From a virus: a stretch of 64,000 nt of DNA. This document shows positions 10,243 through 19,714 of this stretch, in pieces. Both the position numbers and the translations under genes were made by a program. Each line of letters starts with the position of its first letter. The stretch's first letter is position 1. The notes beneath the pieces were generated by a model. The model searched no databases. It saw nothing but the letters and a program-made list of their open reading frames with translations, and was not told the DNA's origin. The stretch is from positions 75,965 through 139,964 of the IMG/VR virus record IMGVR_UViG_3300042197_003184; one strand, 5' to 3'.

Positions 10243-11909
10243 GAAGACCCCTTGATTCTAGCATACTCTAAGTAGTCATCATTGAATACAACCTTACCAT
10301 GCCTTACTCTCTCCGAATTATTGATGTTATCTATATAAGTAGAGATAGTTTCTTCCATATTGTTGAGGCCGTATGAATCGATAGTGGTTCCGCTTTGAAC
10401 GAATCCATAATCTAAATCCTTAAGCATATCTAGAAAAAACATAGAAGACATTAGTTGATAGTTGTGTAGATGGTTATTGCATATGTTTATTAGAAGATCA
10501 AAATATTGACCATTAATTTGTTGTTTATCTAGGGATTGGATAGGTACCAAATGTCTGGGATCAATATCCCAATTTGATCTGAAACCTTTGGCATCTAATT
10601 TATCTAGATACGCCTCCCACTTTTTTGCAACATCATCCCAGTTATAATATTTTTCTGTGAGTTTTCTGGTTTTAGTTTTGATCTTATCGAGTTCCTCCGA
10701 AGACATAGCCAACAAACACAATAACTTATCTGCTAAATCGTCGTTATCGGGGTAGGCCCTAAAGGCTTTAGTTTCTAGCTCTTTGAATTTTGTCTGTACT
10801 TTAATTTTTTGAGCCCCTAACTTTTCTATAATATCCACCATAGCGCTATAATCAACAGTTAGAATTGGTAATCCACTAGCACCAGCTTCTACTTGTGGCA
10901 TACCGGCTCCTTCGCATATGGCATATTGTACATAATAGTCGAATATGTTATATATAGAAGCTAGTTGTTTGCTACTAATTCCTCTGGTCACAGTGGGAAA
11001 AGCACATGAAACCTCCATACAATTTTGGCAACCCGTAGCTGGACCACAAAATGTTTTGGCTATAATGTCATTACATTTTTTACAAGAATAGGTAAAAAAG
11101 ACCCTATTAGATAGTCTATTAGATTTCAGTAGTTCTGGTATATCCCATCCGATATCTGGATAGCTTGTATGTAGATATAGAAAAGTTTTATTATATAGTG
11201 GGGAATTTTGTTTCTTTAGGTTGTCAAGTACTTTGCGAAAAGATATCAATAGATCTGGGATGAGTTTTCTTTTTTGGTTCCTCATAACGGACCCAACGAT
11301 TACAGAATCTTCTGGTAACCCAAGATTTTGTTTAATAGTGCGCTTTATAGAATCATTAACGGGTTTAAATGTCTCAAGATCCACACCCGGGGCTGCTGTA
11401 TCAATATAATTTATTTGATTCGATGTTTGGTCTAATAAAACCTTCGCACCCCAGTCCGAATATGTAAAGACGGCATCCGCGGAGAGATACGTGTCTAGCC
11501 ATGATTCTTGTTGAGGGGCCGAATCAACTGTTGGCATTAGTATCCAATGAAAATATTTTCTCAGAGGAGATGTTGCCTGATAATGGCTCATCCAGTAGTC
11601 TCTTACGTCTATTACTACATCTGGTTTAAAGTCCAACAGAACCTTTTCGAATCTCCATCTACCAAATTGGTTATCTGGTCTAGATGTATATTCCTTATGT
11701 CTGGGGTCGTCGTTACCGACAGCATTGGCATAATATCTCCATTTGATGGTTACGTCCTTGGGATCATTCACCAAGCCATACGAAGCAAATTCAGCTATTT
11801 CATATTTGTTGGTGGAGTGTAGCCGAGATAAAAGCTCTTTTGCATAGATTGCGAATCCGGAACTCAGGAAGCTTGCTTCGGAGCACATCAAAATTTTCAT
11901 CTTAGACAT
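10239..11909 (-). CDS. Glycosyltransferase family 4 (start refined to ATG 11909)
   Basis: KILM..A....SGF, PGVDLETFKP, VMRNQKRK, EGAGMPQVEAGASGLP, YNWDDVAKKW; CxxC...CxxC insertion. Confidence 0.85.
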   Translation of the reverse strand: MSKMKILMCSEASFLSSGFAIYAKELLSRLHSTNKYEIAEFASYGLVNDPKDVTIKWRYYANAVGNDDPRHKEYTSRPDNQFGRWRFEKVLLDFKPDVVIDVRDYWMSHYQATSPLRKYFHWILMPTVDSAPQQESWLDTYLSADAVFTYSDWGAKVLLDQTSNQINYIDTAAPGVDLETFKPVNDSIKRTIKQNLGLPEDSVIVGSVMRNQKRKLIPDLLISFRKVLDNLKKQNSPLYNKTFLYLHTSYPDIGWDIPELLKSNRLSNRVFFTYSCKKCNDIIAKTFCGPATGCQNCMEVSCAFPTVTRGISSKQLASIYNIFDYYVQYAICEGAGMPQVEAGASGLPILTVDYSAMVDIIEKLGAQKIKVQTKFKELETKAFRAYPDNDDLADKLLCLLAMSSEELDKIKTKTRKLTEKYYNWDDVAKKWEAYLDKLDAKGFRSNWDIDPRHLVPIQSLDKQQINGQYFDLLINICNNHLHNYQLMSSMFFLDMLKDLDYGFVQSGTTIDSYGLNNMEETISTYIDNINNSERVRHGKVVFNDDYLEYARIKGSS

Positions 11910-11924
11910 AATTAGCTCTCTATA

Positions 11925-11952
11925 CGAATAAGGGGGCGCGTGATACGCCCCC
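11925..11952 (-). terminator. Putative intrinsic terminator after ssb
   Basis: Minus strand GGGGGCG-tatcacg-CGCCCCC stem followed by TTATT. Confidence 0.55.
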
Positions 11953-11975
11953 ATATCGCTTCATCTTTTTAGATA

Positions 11976-12350
11976 TTAGAAACTAACAGGTTCCTCTTCA
12001 GCAGAAGCCTTCGATGGCTTGCTTAGCTTAGTAATCTTAGAGAAATTATTTACTCTAACCTTGAGACTACTATGCTTAACTCCGTCCTTTTCCCAGGAAT
12101 CATTCCTTAAAGAACCCTCTACCAATACCAAGTCGCCCTTCTTAAAGGATGAACCTATAATCTCTGCTCCAGTATCCCATGCTTCGCAGTTAATAAAAGA
12201 AGCAACCTTATCCTTTTCTCCGTTGGACTTAGTATACTCTCTAGACACTGCAACTGTGAAATTAACCACAGATGTCTGCTTACCGCCGGTATTAACCACT
12301 CTTAGTTCTGGATCACGAGCTAGGTTACCTCTCAGAATTGTAATATTCAT
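11976..12350 (-). CDS. ssb: Single-stranded DNA-binding protein
   Basis: LRGNLARDPELR, FTVAV, KKGDLVLVEGSL; acidic tail ending EEEPVSF. Confidence 0.95.
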   Translation of the reverse strand: MNITILRGNLARDPELRVVNTGGKQTSVVNFTVAVSREYTKSNGEKDKVASFINCEAWDTGAEIIGSSFKKGDLVLVEGSLRNDSWEKDGVKHSSLKVRVNNFSKITKLSKPSKASAEEEPVSF

Positions 12351-12391
12351 ATCTATCTCCTTGAATCAAAAATTAAAAAACACAACACTCT

Positions 12392-12419
12392 ATCATAAAA
12401 CGCCGCGCACGGGTGTCAA
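12392..12419 (-). promoter_or_regulatory. Sigma70-like promoter for ssb
   Basis: TTGACA (12419-12414), 16-bp spacer, TATGAT (12397-12392). Confidence 0.65.
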
Positions 12420-14041
12420 GACGATGGAATAAAACACTTATCTACAACGAAAGCGTCTTTATTCTTGGTTTTGCTACCAATAAAAACCAGCACATTACCA
12501 CTAAAGATATGGTGCTTATATTCTATCCACTTTTCTGGAAACAGTACAACAGAATCCACAATACCCGTATTATCCTCTATGGTTGTGAAAGCCATTTCTT
12601 GACCTGGATTTTTCCCCTTTTTTGTTTTCACTATATTAACATTTGTAACTTCTCCAGCAATAATTATATTCTGTGATACTGTAGAGTTTTTTAGTTCTTT
12701 GCAATTAGCATTGGTCATACTAATGTCGTACGTATCCAATTTTGAACAGGTTATGGCTGCACCAAGTAGGGAACTTTCCGAATCGGATAGCCATTCTATC
12801 TTGTCAATTAAGGAATATGGCGGCTTCTTTATAAGGTTTACTAAATTAGATATAACGTCTTTTCTGTTCTTGTTGATCTTTCCATACTGTATAATATGTT
12901 CTAATGAGTGTATAATGTTTGTATTATTAGTCGCGTATGCTGTAGAGAATTGTTCGAGTTCTTTTTTTGTAAGAGTTGATAGTATGTCGAAGTCGAATAA
13001 CATCTCAGTTCTGTTTTTCTTAAAATAGTCAAAAGCCCCACACGATATTAGTGCTTTAGCTGCTGTGGATGTTATATTCATTAATACTTTAGTTAGAATA
13101 TCTAACCAGCTATATGTATTGATATCTTGATTTTTGACCAAATCTGTTAACTTGGCATATACAGAATCCCCCACACCTTTAATGTCTGTGAGACCAAAGT
13201 ATATTTTATTGTCTTTGATCAGAAATAATTTATTCATATTTCTAATATCTGGAATATGAATATCAATATTCATCTCATTAGCATTACGTACCAATTCTTT
13301 GATTTCTTGCTGAGGATCTATTTTATCTTTAGCAAATCTTAAATACGAAGCAAAGAAAACTTTTGGAAAGTGGGCTTTGGTATATGCAGATAAATATGCA
13401 TTGATAGCGTACGATACAGCATGGCTTTTATTAAATGAATATCTCTGGCTTTTTTCGATCCAGCTAAAAATCTCATCGGCCTGATCGTCGGTTACCACTC
13501 CTTGTGTTTTGGCTCCTACTATAAACTTCTGTTTGATCTTGGCCATTTCTTCTGGTTTCTTTTTACCAATGGCCTTTCTTAACATGTCTGCCTCTTTAAG
13601 ATCGAATCCTGCTATGTTTTGTGCTATTTCCATAGCTTGTTCCTGATAAATCATCTCCCCGTATGTTGCACCAAGGGTGGTTTCCAAAGATGCATGAAAA
13701 TGGTCTATGCTTTCTTGTCCATTTTTTCTGTCTATGTAGTGATTGGACACGCTTTTGCCATCTCTGATAGCCTCTAAGCACCCAGGTCTTAATATACTAA
13801 TAAGAGCAGATAGTTGTTCTATATTTTCTGGACGTAATTTTTTTGCCATAGATTGCCCAAGTCTGCTCTCCAGCTGAAAACACCCTTTGGTATTACCGCT
13901 AGATATTAAATCCCATGTTCTGTGACAATCCAAATTTATTGCTTCGATTCTAGGATCGAAATCCAAACTAACAGTACCGTCTTGTTTTTTTTCCAAAACT
14001 TTAAATTTACAACCACAATCAAATGACAAAAAATCAGGCAT
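12416..14041 (-). CDS. dnaE: DNA polymerase III alpha subunit, C-terminal fragment (fingers, HhH, OB)
   Basis: GCFQLES, RPG, IYQEQ, LRKAIGKK, YSFNKSHA, GLTDIKGVG, MAFTTIED. Confidence 0.9.
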   Translation of the reverse strand: MPDFLSFDCGCKFKVLEKKQDGTVSLDFDPRIEAINLDCHRTWDLISSGNTKGCFQLESRLGQSMAKKLRPENIEQLSALISILRPGCLEAIRDGKSVSNHYIDRKNGQESIDHFHASLETTLGATYGEMIYQEQAMEIAQNIAGFDLKEADMLRKAIGKKKPEEMAKIKQKFIVGAKTQGVVTDDQADEIFSWIEKSQRYSFNKSHAVSYAINAYLSAYTKAHFPKVFFASYLRFAKDKIDPQQEIKELVRNANEMNIDIHIPDIRNMNKLFLIKDNKIYFGLTDIKGVGDSVYAKLTDLVKNQDINTYSWLDILTKVLMNITSTAAKALISCGAFDYFKKNRTEMLFDFDILSTLTKKELEQFSTAYATNNTNIIHSLEHIIQYGKINKNRKDVISNLVNLIKKPPYSLIDKIEWLSDSESSLLGAAITCSKLDTYDISMTNANCKELKNSTVSQNIIIAGEVTNVNIVKTKKGKNPGQEMAFTTIEDNTGIVDSVVLFPEKWIEYKHHIFSGNVLVFIGSKTKNKDAFVVDKCFIPSS

Positions 14042-14729
14042 TTACAAAAGATCCTTTAAATTTTACCTTTTTGGACATGTTACGATGTAATTTAAGAAAT
14101 CTAATCAACAAGTTTGCTGTATCCTTAACGTCTTTTAAAGCGTCGTGAGAACCTTCGGCACTTAAGCCAAAATATTCTCTTACATGATCCAGAGTATAGT
14201 TCTTAAGTTCGTTGTTTCCTTCAAACCAATAAAACATCATGTTCATAAGATCTATAACGTCTCTAGGATAAAAAAGAGAACTTCTGCCTTCTTTATTAAG
14301 GTTATTATATTTGATACTAAGTCTTTCTACAATTCTTAGATCGAATCTGTTTATGTTGTAACCAGCAGCTATAGGAGCAGTAAAGCAAGATTTTTTATCG
14401 GATCTTGTATGATACATGCTCAGATAAGAAACAAACATTTGCCATCCCTGATCCTGTTTTTGGAATTCTTTCCAGCTGTCCAGAATAGCAGCCTTAGTAG
14501 AGTTACGAACCTTGGCATGAAAGTCTAGCACATCACTATCGGCGTAGTCATAGTCTGGATTGTCTTGTAGAGCAGACGGTTTGAGACTTATATTGAATTC
14601 TGAGTCTTTTACTATCTCTAACTTGAGAGGGTCCACAATCACAGCAGCTATTTGAACTGGACTACAAATATCCGGATTCGCCCCGTCTGTTTCGAGATCG
14701 AAAACGCACAGTTTTTGAAAATTAGCCAT
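14034..14729 (-). CDS. DEDDh 3'-5' exonuclease (DnaQ/epsilon-like)
   Basis: FDLETDG, AGYNINRFD, HDALKD. Confidence 0.85.
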   Translation of the reverse strand: MANFQKLCVFDLETDGANPDICSPVQIAAVIVDPLKLEIVKDSEFNISLKPSALQDNPDYDYADSDVLDFHAKVRNSTKAAILDSWKEFQKQDQGWQMFVSYLSMYHTRSDKKSCFTAPIAAGYNINRFDLRIVERLSIKYNNLNKEGRSSLFYPRDVIDLMNMMFYWFEGNNELKNYTLDHVREYFGLSAEGSHDALKDVKDTANLLIRFLKLHRNMSKKVKFKGSFVNA

Positions 14730-14901
14730 TAAATGTTACCTTTGTGTCGTCTGAAAAATATGTCTGATTATTTGGGTTGGTAACCGCCTGAGCATTGGTC
14801 ACCTTACAACAGCTAATTCTGTTATCTTGCGTTCTGATATACTCGATATCGTTATACAGGAAGCGCTGTCCAACCCCGATATCCCTAAAGTTTTTCTCCA
14901 T
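14722..14901 (-). CDS. 59-aa hypothetical protein (not in the ORF track)
   Basis: Translated by hand: MEKNFRDIGVGQRFLYNDIEYIRTQDNRISCCKV...TFNG; fills the gap and overlaps the exonuclease start. Confidence 0.6.
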   Translation of the reverse strand: MEKNFRDIGVGQRFLYNDIEYIRTQDNRISCCKVTNAQAVTNPNNQTYFSDDTKVTFNG

Positions 14902-14903
14902 AA

Positions 14904-16772
14904 TTAAATTGCTCCAGTTTTTAAAATATCTGATATGGCCATAATTTTATCTAACATTGCTATACCCAATACGTCAAATTTAATAATACCCAAAGCTTCC
15001 AGGTCTTGCATTTCCATCCCGGCTATAGGTTGTTTGTTTTTGGTATCGTAGACCATTGGACATAGATCGCTTAATTTATCATTACTAATAACTATGCCAG
15101 CGGCATGTTTAGACTGGTTGGACTTGGTGCCCTCCAATCTTATTGCTTGCTCAAACCTTTTAGATAACGGTCCCGAAAGCTGGCCTTCACTATCAATATA
15201 ACACCACTCCTTTAGTTTGTCAACGTTGTTTTCCAACGCCCATCTGATAATGGAAGCTTCTCCGGTATCTTCTTTCATTTCCTGAAGTTCGTCAGCAATC
15301 TTGGCTTCGTCCGGTATGCATTTGGTAATACGATTCATCTCTTCAAAGGATATATTTCCGTAAACCCTTAAAACCTCTTTTAATGCTCCTCTCCCTTTCA
15401 TAGTATTAAAAGTGATCATCTGAGATACTTTATCTGATCCGTATTTATTTTTTATATACTCTATGATTTCTTCTCTTTTGTTAATAGGAACATCTACGTC
15501 AATATCTGGCATAGAAATTCTATCTGTTGTGTTTCTACCAGCATTATAAAATCTCTCAAAAATTAAGTTATATTTTATGGGATCTATAGATGTAATACCT
15601 ACTAAATATGAGACCAAACACCCTGCTGCCGAACCTCTTCCTGGGCCCGGTAGCCAACCCTCTTTTCTGACTTTATCCAGAATATCACCAACTATTAAAA
15701 AGTAACTAGATAAACCCGCACCTTGTAAAACTTCTAGCTCATATTTTATTCTGTCGGTATAGGTGTTTTGTTGGTCTTTATCTATGATGTTGGATATTTT
15801 TTCTCTCCATCCTTTGCGACAAAGTTCTCTTAGATATTCATCTGGATTTGTATTATTAGGACACGAAAATGGAGGTAGGACTGGTTTGCTTAATATGTCA
15901 TATTCTTCGCATAAACTATCTACGTATATAGTATTTTCTATTTCTTCCGAAGTATGAAGTTCTTGTATTTCCTCAGGCGATAGAATATGGAAATTCTCTG
16001 ATCTAAAAAAACATTCCATCGGTATTTTTTCATTATTTAGCATCTTTTTGTTAATATCTACCAACGTGGTTTTTAGATTATTACAAAGTAATATACGTTG
16101 GTCTATTGCGTCTTCTTTCTCGCAATAGTGGGCATCTGGCGTACAGATAACCTTAGTGTTGGTATTTTTTCCCAGCCTGCGAATCATGTCTGTGACTTCT
16201 TGTTGTATTGGGGTGTGGACAACATCCATTAGCTGGGACTCTAAGAAGAAATTATCTTTGCCAAAAATCTCTTTCATTTTATCAACATAGCTAGTGCCTA
16301 TGTTCATAGCGTCGTCTTTGTTTTGTAGCATAAGGTCCGTAATATGGGATCCCAAGTGCCCGGCTATGCCTATCATATTACCGTCTAGCAGGCCGGATAA
16401 GGTTTCGATATCGAGTCTAGGCTTATGGTAAAAGTTACCAGCTTCGTTGGATGCTGATACTATGCGTATCAGGGTTTTCCATCCTTCATGGTTTTTGGCC
16501 AGTACGATAAAATGACTTAGATCGCTATTGTCGCTATTTTTTATAGTACAATTCTGGTGCGAAACATAAATTTCGCAACCCAAAATAGGCTTGATACCGG
16601 CAGATTTCATTACTTGGTAAAACTGTACAGTGCCAGAGATAGTACCATGGTCTGTTAATGCACAAGACTTAACTCCTATTTTTTTGCACCTATCAGCAAT
16701 TTGTTGCGGTTTACTAAGCCCATCCAATAAAGAATAATGAGAATGTACATGCAAAGGAATATATGGTTTCAT
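14904..16772 (-). CDS. dnaE: DNA polymerase III alpha subunit, N-terminal fragment (PHP + palm/thumb)
   Basis: HVHSHYSLLDG, TDHG, GPGRGSAAG, MPDIDVD, HAAG, KFDVLG. Confidence 0.92.
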   Translation of the reverse strand: MKPYIPLHVHSHYSLLDGLSKPQQIADRCKKIGVKSCALTDHGTISGTVQFYQVMKSAGIKPILGCEIYVSHQNCTIKNSDNSDLSHFIVLAKNHEGWKTLIRIVSASNEAGNFYHKPRLDIETLSGLLDGNMIGIAGHLGSHITDLMLQNKDDAMNIGTSYVDKMKEIFGKDNFFLESQLMDVVHTPIQQEVTDMIRRLGKNTNTKVICTPDAHYCEKEDAIDQRILLCNNLKTTLVDINKKMLNNEKIPMECFFRSENFHILSPEEIQELHTSEEIENTIYVDSLCEEYDILSKPVLPPFSCPNNTNPDEYLRELCRKGWREKISNIIDKDQQNTYTDRIKYELEVLQGAGLSSYFLIVGDILDKVRKEGWLPGPGRGSAAGCLVSYLVGITSIDPIKYNLIFERFYNAGRNTTDRISMPDIDVDVPINKREEIIEYIKNKYGSDKVSQMITFNTMKGRGALKEVLRVYGNISFEEMNRITKCIPDEAKIADELQEMKEDTGEASIIRWALENNVDKLKEWCYIDSEGQLSGPLSKRFEQAIRLEGTKSNQSKHAAGIVISNDKLSDLCPMVYDTKNKQPIAGMEMQDLEALGIIKFDVLGIAMLDKIMAISDILKTGAI

Positions 16773-17851
16773 TCTGTGCTTCCTGGGGCTTTATATTTTC
16801 CAAATGAGTGAGACGGATTCTTATATTGTTGTACCACAAAATCCATGCCGTGCAAGTCCATATCGTGTTTGACTTGTTCGCATTTGGTCATAGAGGAACC
16901 CATATTGCATATTTGTTTTTCTCTATATTCGATTTGTGGAGAAATGTGAGAGTTTTCAAATGTGGTCTTTCCAAAATGACACAATTTGGTACACATCCAG
17001 CTTTTGTTGAGTCTGGGTTTTCTGGTGTTTTTTACTATTTCAAATTTTTGTCTTAACATTTCCTCCGTAGCCTTAAGGTCAGATTTGTCAAAACATATAG
17101 AAAAAGGACCGCCATCATTAATAAAATATATTGAGAATATAATATGGTTTATATGAGGGTATAAATGATTTATGGCATAGTGATATATTCTTAACTGAGG
17201 GTCTTTCTCTAGTTTCTCTTGGGTTTTTTCTTGACCCGTTGCCCAATCAAGCCTTCTTCCTGTTTTCCAGTCTATTATCTCTATCGTGTCTTCGTTGACT
17301 AATGTAATTAAGTCTATAGTACCTTTAATAGCCAGATTACCTTCTAGTTTGCCTTCATTGGTATCATAAGAATACGCAGACCAAGGTTTTTTGATTTCTA
17401 TATCAAAATGTTGTTCAGGACATAGTATAAGTCTGTTTCTTGGATCGAACATACCCCCATTAAAATTGATAGCCTTATAAACCCAACTATGACAATCTTT
17501 GTAATCTTTTAGTGACCACTTGTGATGTGTTGTGGCGTCTGTATAGTGTTTATATACTTTTTCTATTAGGGTGTCCAAACTATACTTATCGCAATTGATG
17601 TTACCAACCACATCGTCGGTAACCTCATTTATATTGTCTTGCTGTGCTTTTTTTATTACCGCCAGAATCTCTAATACTTTATGTACAATGGTTCCTTTGT
17701 CTGCCTTTTGACCCGAAGGCCCACGATAGCCAAGAACGTACTCAAGAAAATACTGTTGTTCGCACATGGAGTGCGTGTTATAAGAACTACTCCTAAAATA
17801 TGTGACTATAATGATAAGGTCTCCTGTAAAAACTTTTGAATATCCATGCAT
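16769..17851 (-). CDS. Cas4/RecB-like PD-(D/E)XK exonuclease
   Basis: GTIVHKVLE, KGTIDL, IIDWKTG, QLRIY, Cys cluster C..LC. Confidence 0.8.
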   Translation of the reverse strand: MHGYSKVFTGDLIIIVTYFRSSSYNTHSMCEQQYFLEYVLGYRGPSGQKADKGTIVHKVLEILAVIKKAQQDNINEVTDDVVGNINCDKYSLDTLIEKVYKHYTDATTHHKWSLKDYKDCHSWVYKAINFNGGMFDPRNRLILCPEQHFDIEIKKPWSAYSYDTNEGKLEGNLAIKGTIDLITLVNEDTIEIIDWKTGRRLDWATGQEKTQEKLEKDPQLRIYHYAINHLYPHINHIIFSIYFINDGGPFSICFDKSDLKATEEMLRQKFEIVKNTRKPRLNKSWMCTKLCHFGKTTFENSHISPQIEYREKQICNMGSSMTKCEQVKHDMDLHGMDFVVQQYKNPSHSFGKYKAPGSTE

Positions 17852-18549
17852 TGATCATATATTGTCATGTTTTCATTATTGATAATATAATCAAAATTAG
17901 TCCAATCATAATTGTAAGAGTCTAGTGCTGCTTCGGCTGTAGCAGACGAATTGAATGGGTTTCTTGTCAAACGTATAATTTTACCACCGTGGGTCTTAAT
18001 ACTATCTACTTCATTCGGAAACCTACAATCAACTATCACAGCAATCTCTGCTTTATCTTGCTGTATTTTACGTAAAGTTGTGGATACCCATACATCGCCT
18101 TTTATTTTGCGAAACAGGTCCGTTCCAACAACCTCCATAACTTCTCTGGCTGTCATAGGTCCTTGTTTGGATATATTTCCTGGTATGTTTTCCCAAAAGA
18201 TATCTGTTATACTGTTTTTGTCGTCGTCCGAACCATAACACTGATCATATGATAGTCCTAGCATATTCATGCATATGTCCTGTTTAAGAGGATCAGCAAA
18301 GCTATATACTTTGATATATGGATCAAGAAGATTATACAGCTTATTTAGCATAAAATCATTATTTCTTACTGATATGTCTAGTATACCCGAATAATTTTTA
18401 TCACCAAATAAATCCGACACTACTATGCGTCCACAGTGGTCAATGTCTATTTTCTCACAAATGCCGAGTTCGGCCAATTTGAGTGATACAATAAAATTAC
18501 CTGTGGTTGTTTTTCCCGATTGTTTACGTCCAGAAATACCAATTATCAC
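17806..18549 (-). CDS. Deoxynucleoside monophosphate kinase
   Basis: IGISGRKQSGKTT, SFADPLK, TAREVMEVVGTD, DCRFPNE. Confidence 0.85.
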   Translation of the reverse strand: MIIGISGRKQSGKTTTGNFIVSLKLAELGICEKIDIDHCGRIVVSDLFGDKNYSGILDISVRNNDFMLNKLYNLLDPYIKVYSFADPLKQDICMNMLGLSYDQCYGSDDDKNSITDIFWENIPGNISKQGPMTAREVMEVVGTDLFRKIKGDVWVSTTLRKIQQDKAEIAVIVDCRFPNEVDSIKTHGGKIIRLTRNPFNSSATAEAALDSYNYDWTNFDYIINNENMTIYDQCMDIQKFLQETLSL

Positions 18550-18556
18550 AAATACC

Positions 18557-19714
18557 TCATCTGATTAGAGAAATAATATTATTACGAATATAATCCACAC
18601 TGAGTTCTCCAACATCATCAGCAGGAATTTCTATGTTTTTAACGTTGTATGTTTTGTGGCACTTTTGCCTGATTTGTTCTGTGGCTTTGTGACCAGCAGT
18701 ATCGTTGTCCATCATAGTAATGATAGTCATGGCTCCTGATGCATCAAGTATCATTTTTTGTCTATCGCTCAACGAAGAACCGAATATCGCTACGCTGTTT
18801 TGTATACCTGCCTCTGCCAAGCGCCATACATTACCAGGGCTCTCTACAAGAATTACGACGCCAGTTTCCAAAATAGATTGCTTAGCGAACCATATGTTAT
18901 ATAGGTGGTTCTGAGACTGAAAATTAAAACTATGCTTCCATTTCGAGTAGAACCTTTGATTTTCCGCAGATGGGCACGATTCGGGCTCTGGATGATAGGC
19001 AGAGCACTTAGGACACTTATCAAATATGCTTCTGCCTGTGCATCCGACCATATATTGGTATTTATGATCATAAATAGGAACCACTATTCTATTGCTCATT
19101 TCTTTATTTGGTTTATCACATAGTCCCACGTCATATCTGTCTAGTATTTCTTGCGAATACCCCCTATCGAGATAATATTGTGCTGGTATTTTGAGATTTT
19201 GTCTAATTTTGACTCTAGTGATTTTATTATTATCTTCTGGTGTTTTGGTCACAGACATATGTTTTATAGCACCAATAAAAGACTTCTTATTGCGTTCAGT
19301 ATGAGATATACGAATCTTACTAAGATCCTTATTAATAAAGCTTAGACAAAAAGCCAGAGCTTCCTGAAAAGAACACTGATTGTCTCCTGGCTTTGTCCAT
19401 CCATACTTAACGTTGGATATAACACCCCTAATGAAGCCTATGATAGATCCTTTAAAATGCTTTTCACACCCGTGTGTTCGGCATTTCCAATTACCTCTAT
19501 ATACTTCTCCATCCGGATATATATTTAATGCTGATTGGTTATCTCCTCCATGTATAGGACATGGCATTATAATCATTTTACCATTGGAATTGTATTCCAA
19601 ATTAAAATGATCCAAAATCGGCTCTATTTGATCACAAATGTCATCGCAAACAACTTTTAGTTTTGCTTGATCATTCGAAGAGTATTTCTTCTTCATCGCT
19701 AGTGTCTGTTTCAT
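18557..19714 (-). CDS. dnaG: DNA primase (Zn-finger + TOPRIM)
   Basis: CPIH...C.THGC, NRIVVPI, GR, LVESPG, MDNDTAG. Confidence 0.85.
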   Translation of the reverse strand: MKQTLAMKKKYSSNDQAKLKVVCDDICDQIEPILDHFNLEYNSNGKMIIMPCPIHGGDNQSALNIYPDGEVYRGNWKCRTHGCEKHFKGSIIGFIRGVISNVKYGWTKPGDNQCSFQEALAFCLSFINKDLSKIRISHTERNKKSFIGAIKHMSVTKTPEDNNKITRVKIRQNLKIPAQYYLDRGYSQEILDRYDVGLCDKPNKEMSNRIVVPIYDHKYQYMVGCTGRSIFDKCPKCSAYHPEPESCPSAENQRFYSKWKHSFNFQSQNHLYNIWFAKQSILETGVVILVESPGNVWRLAEAGIQNSVAIFGSSLSDRQKMILDASGAMTIITMMDNDTAGHKATEQIRQKCHKTYNVKNIEIPADDVGELSVDYIRNNIISLIR

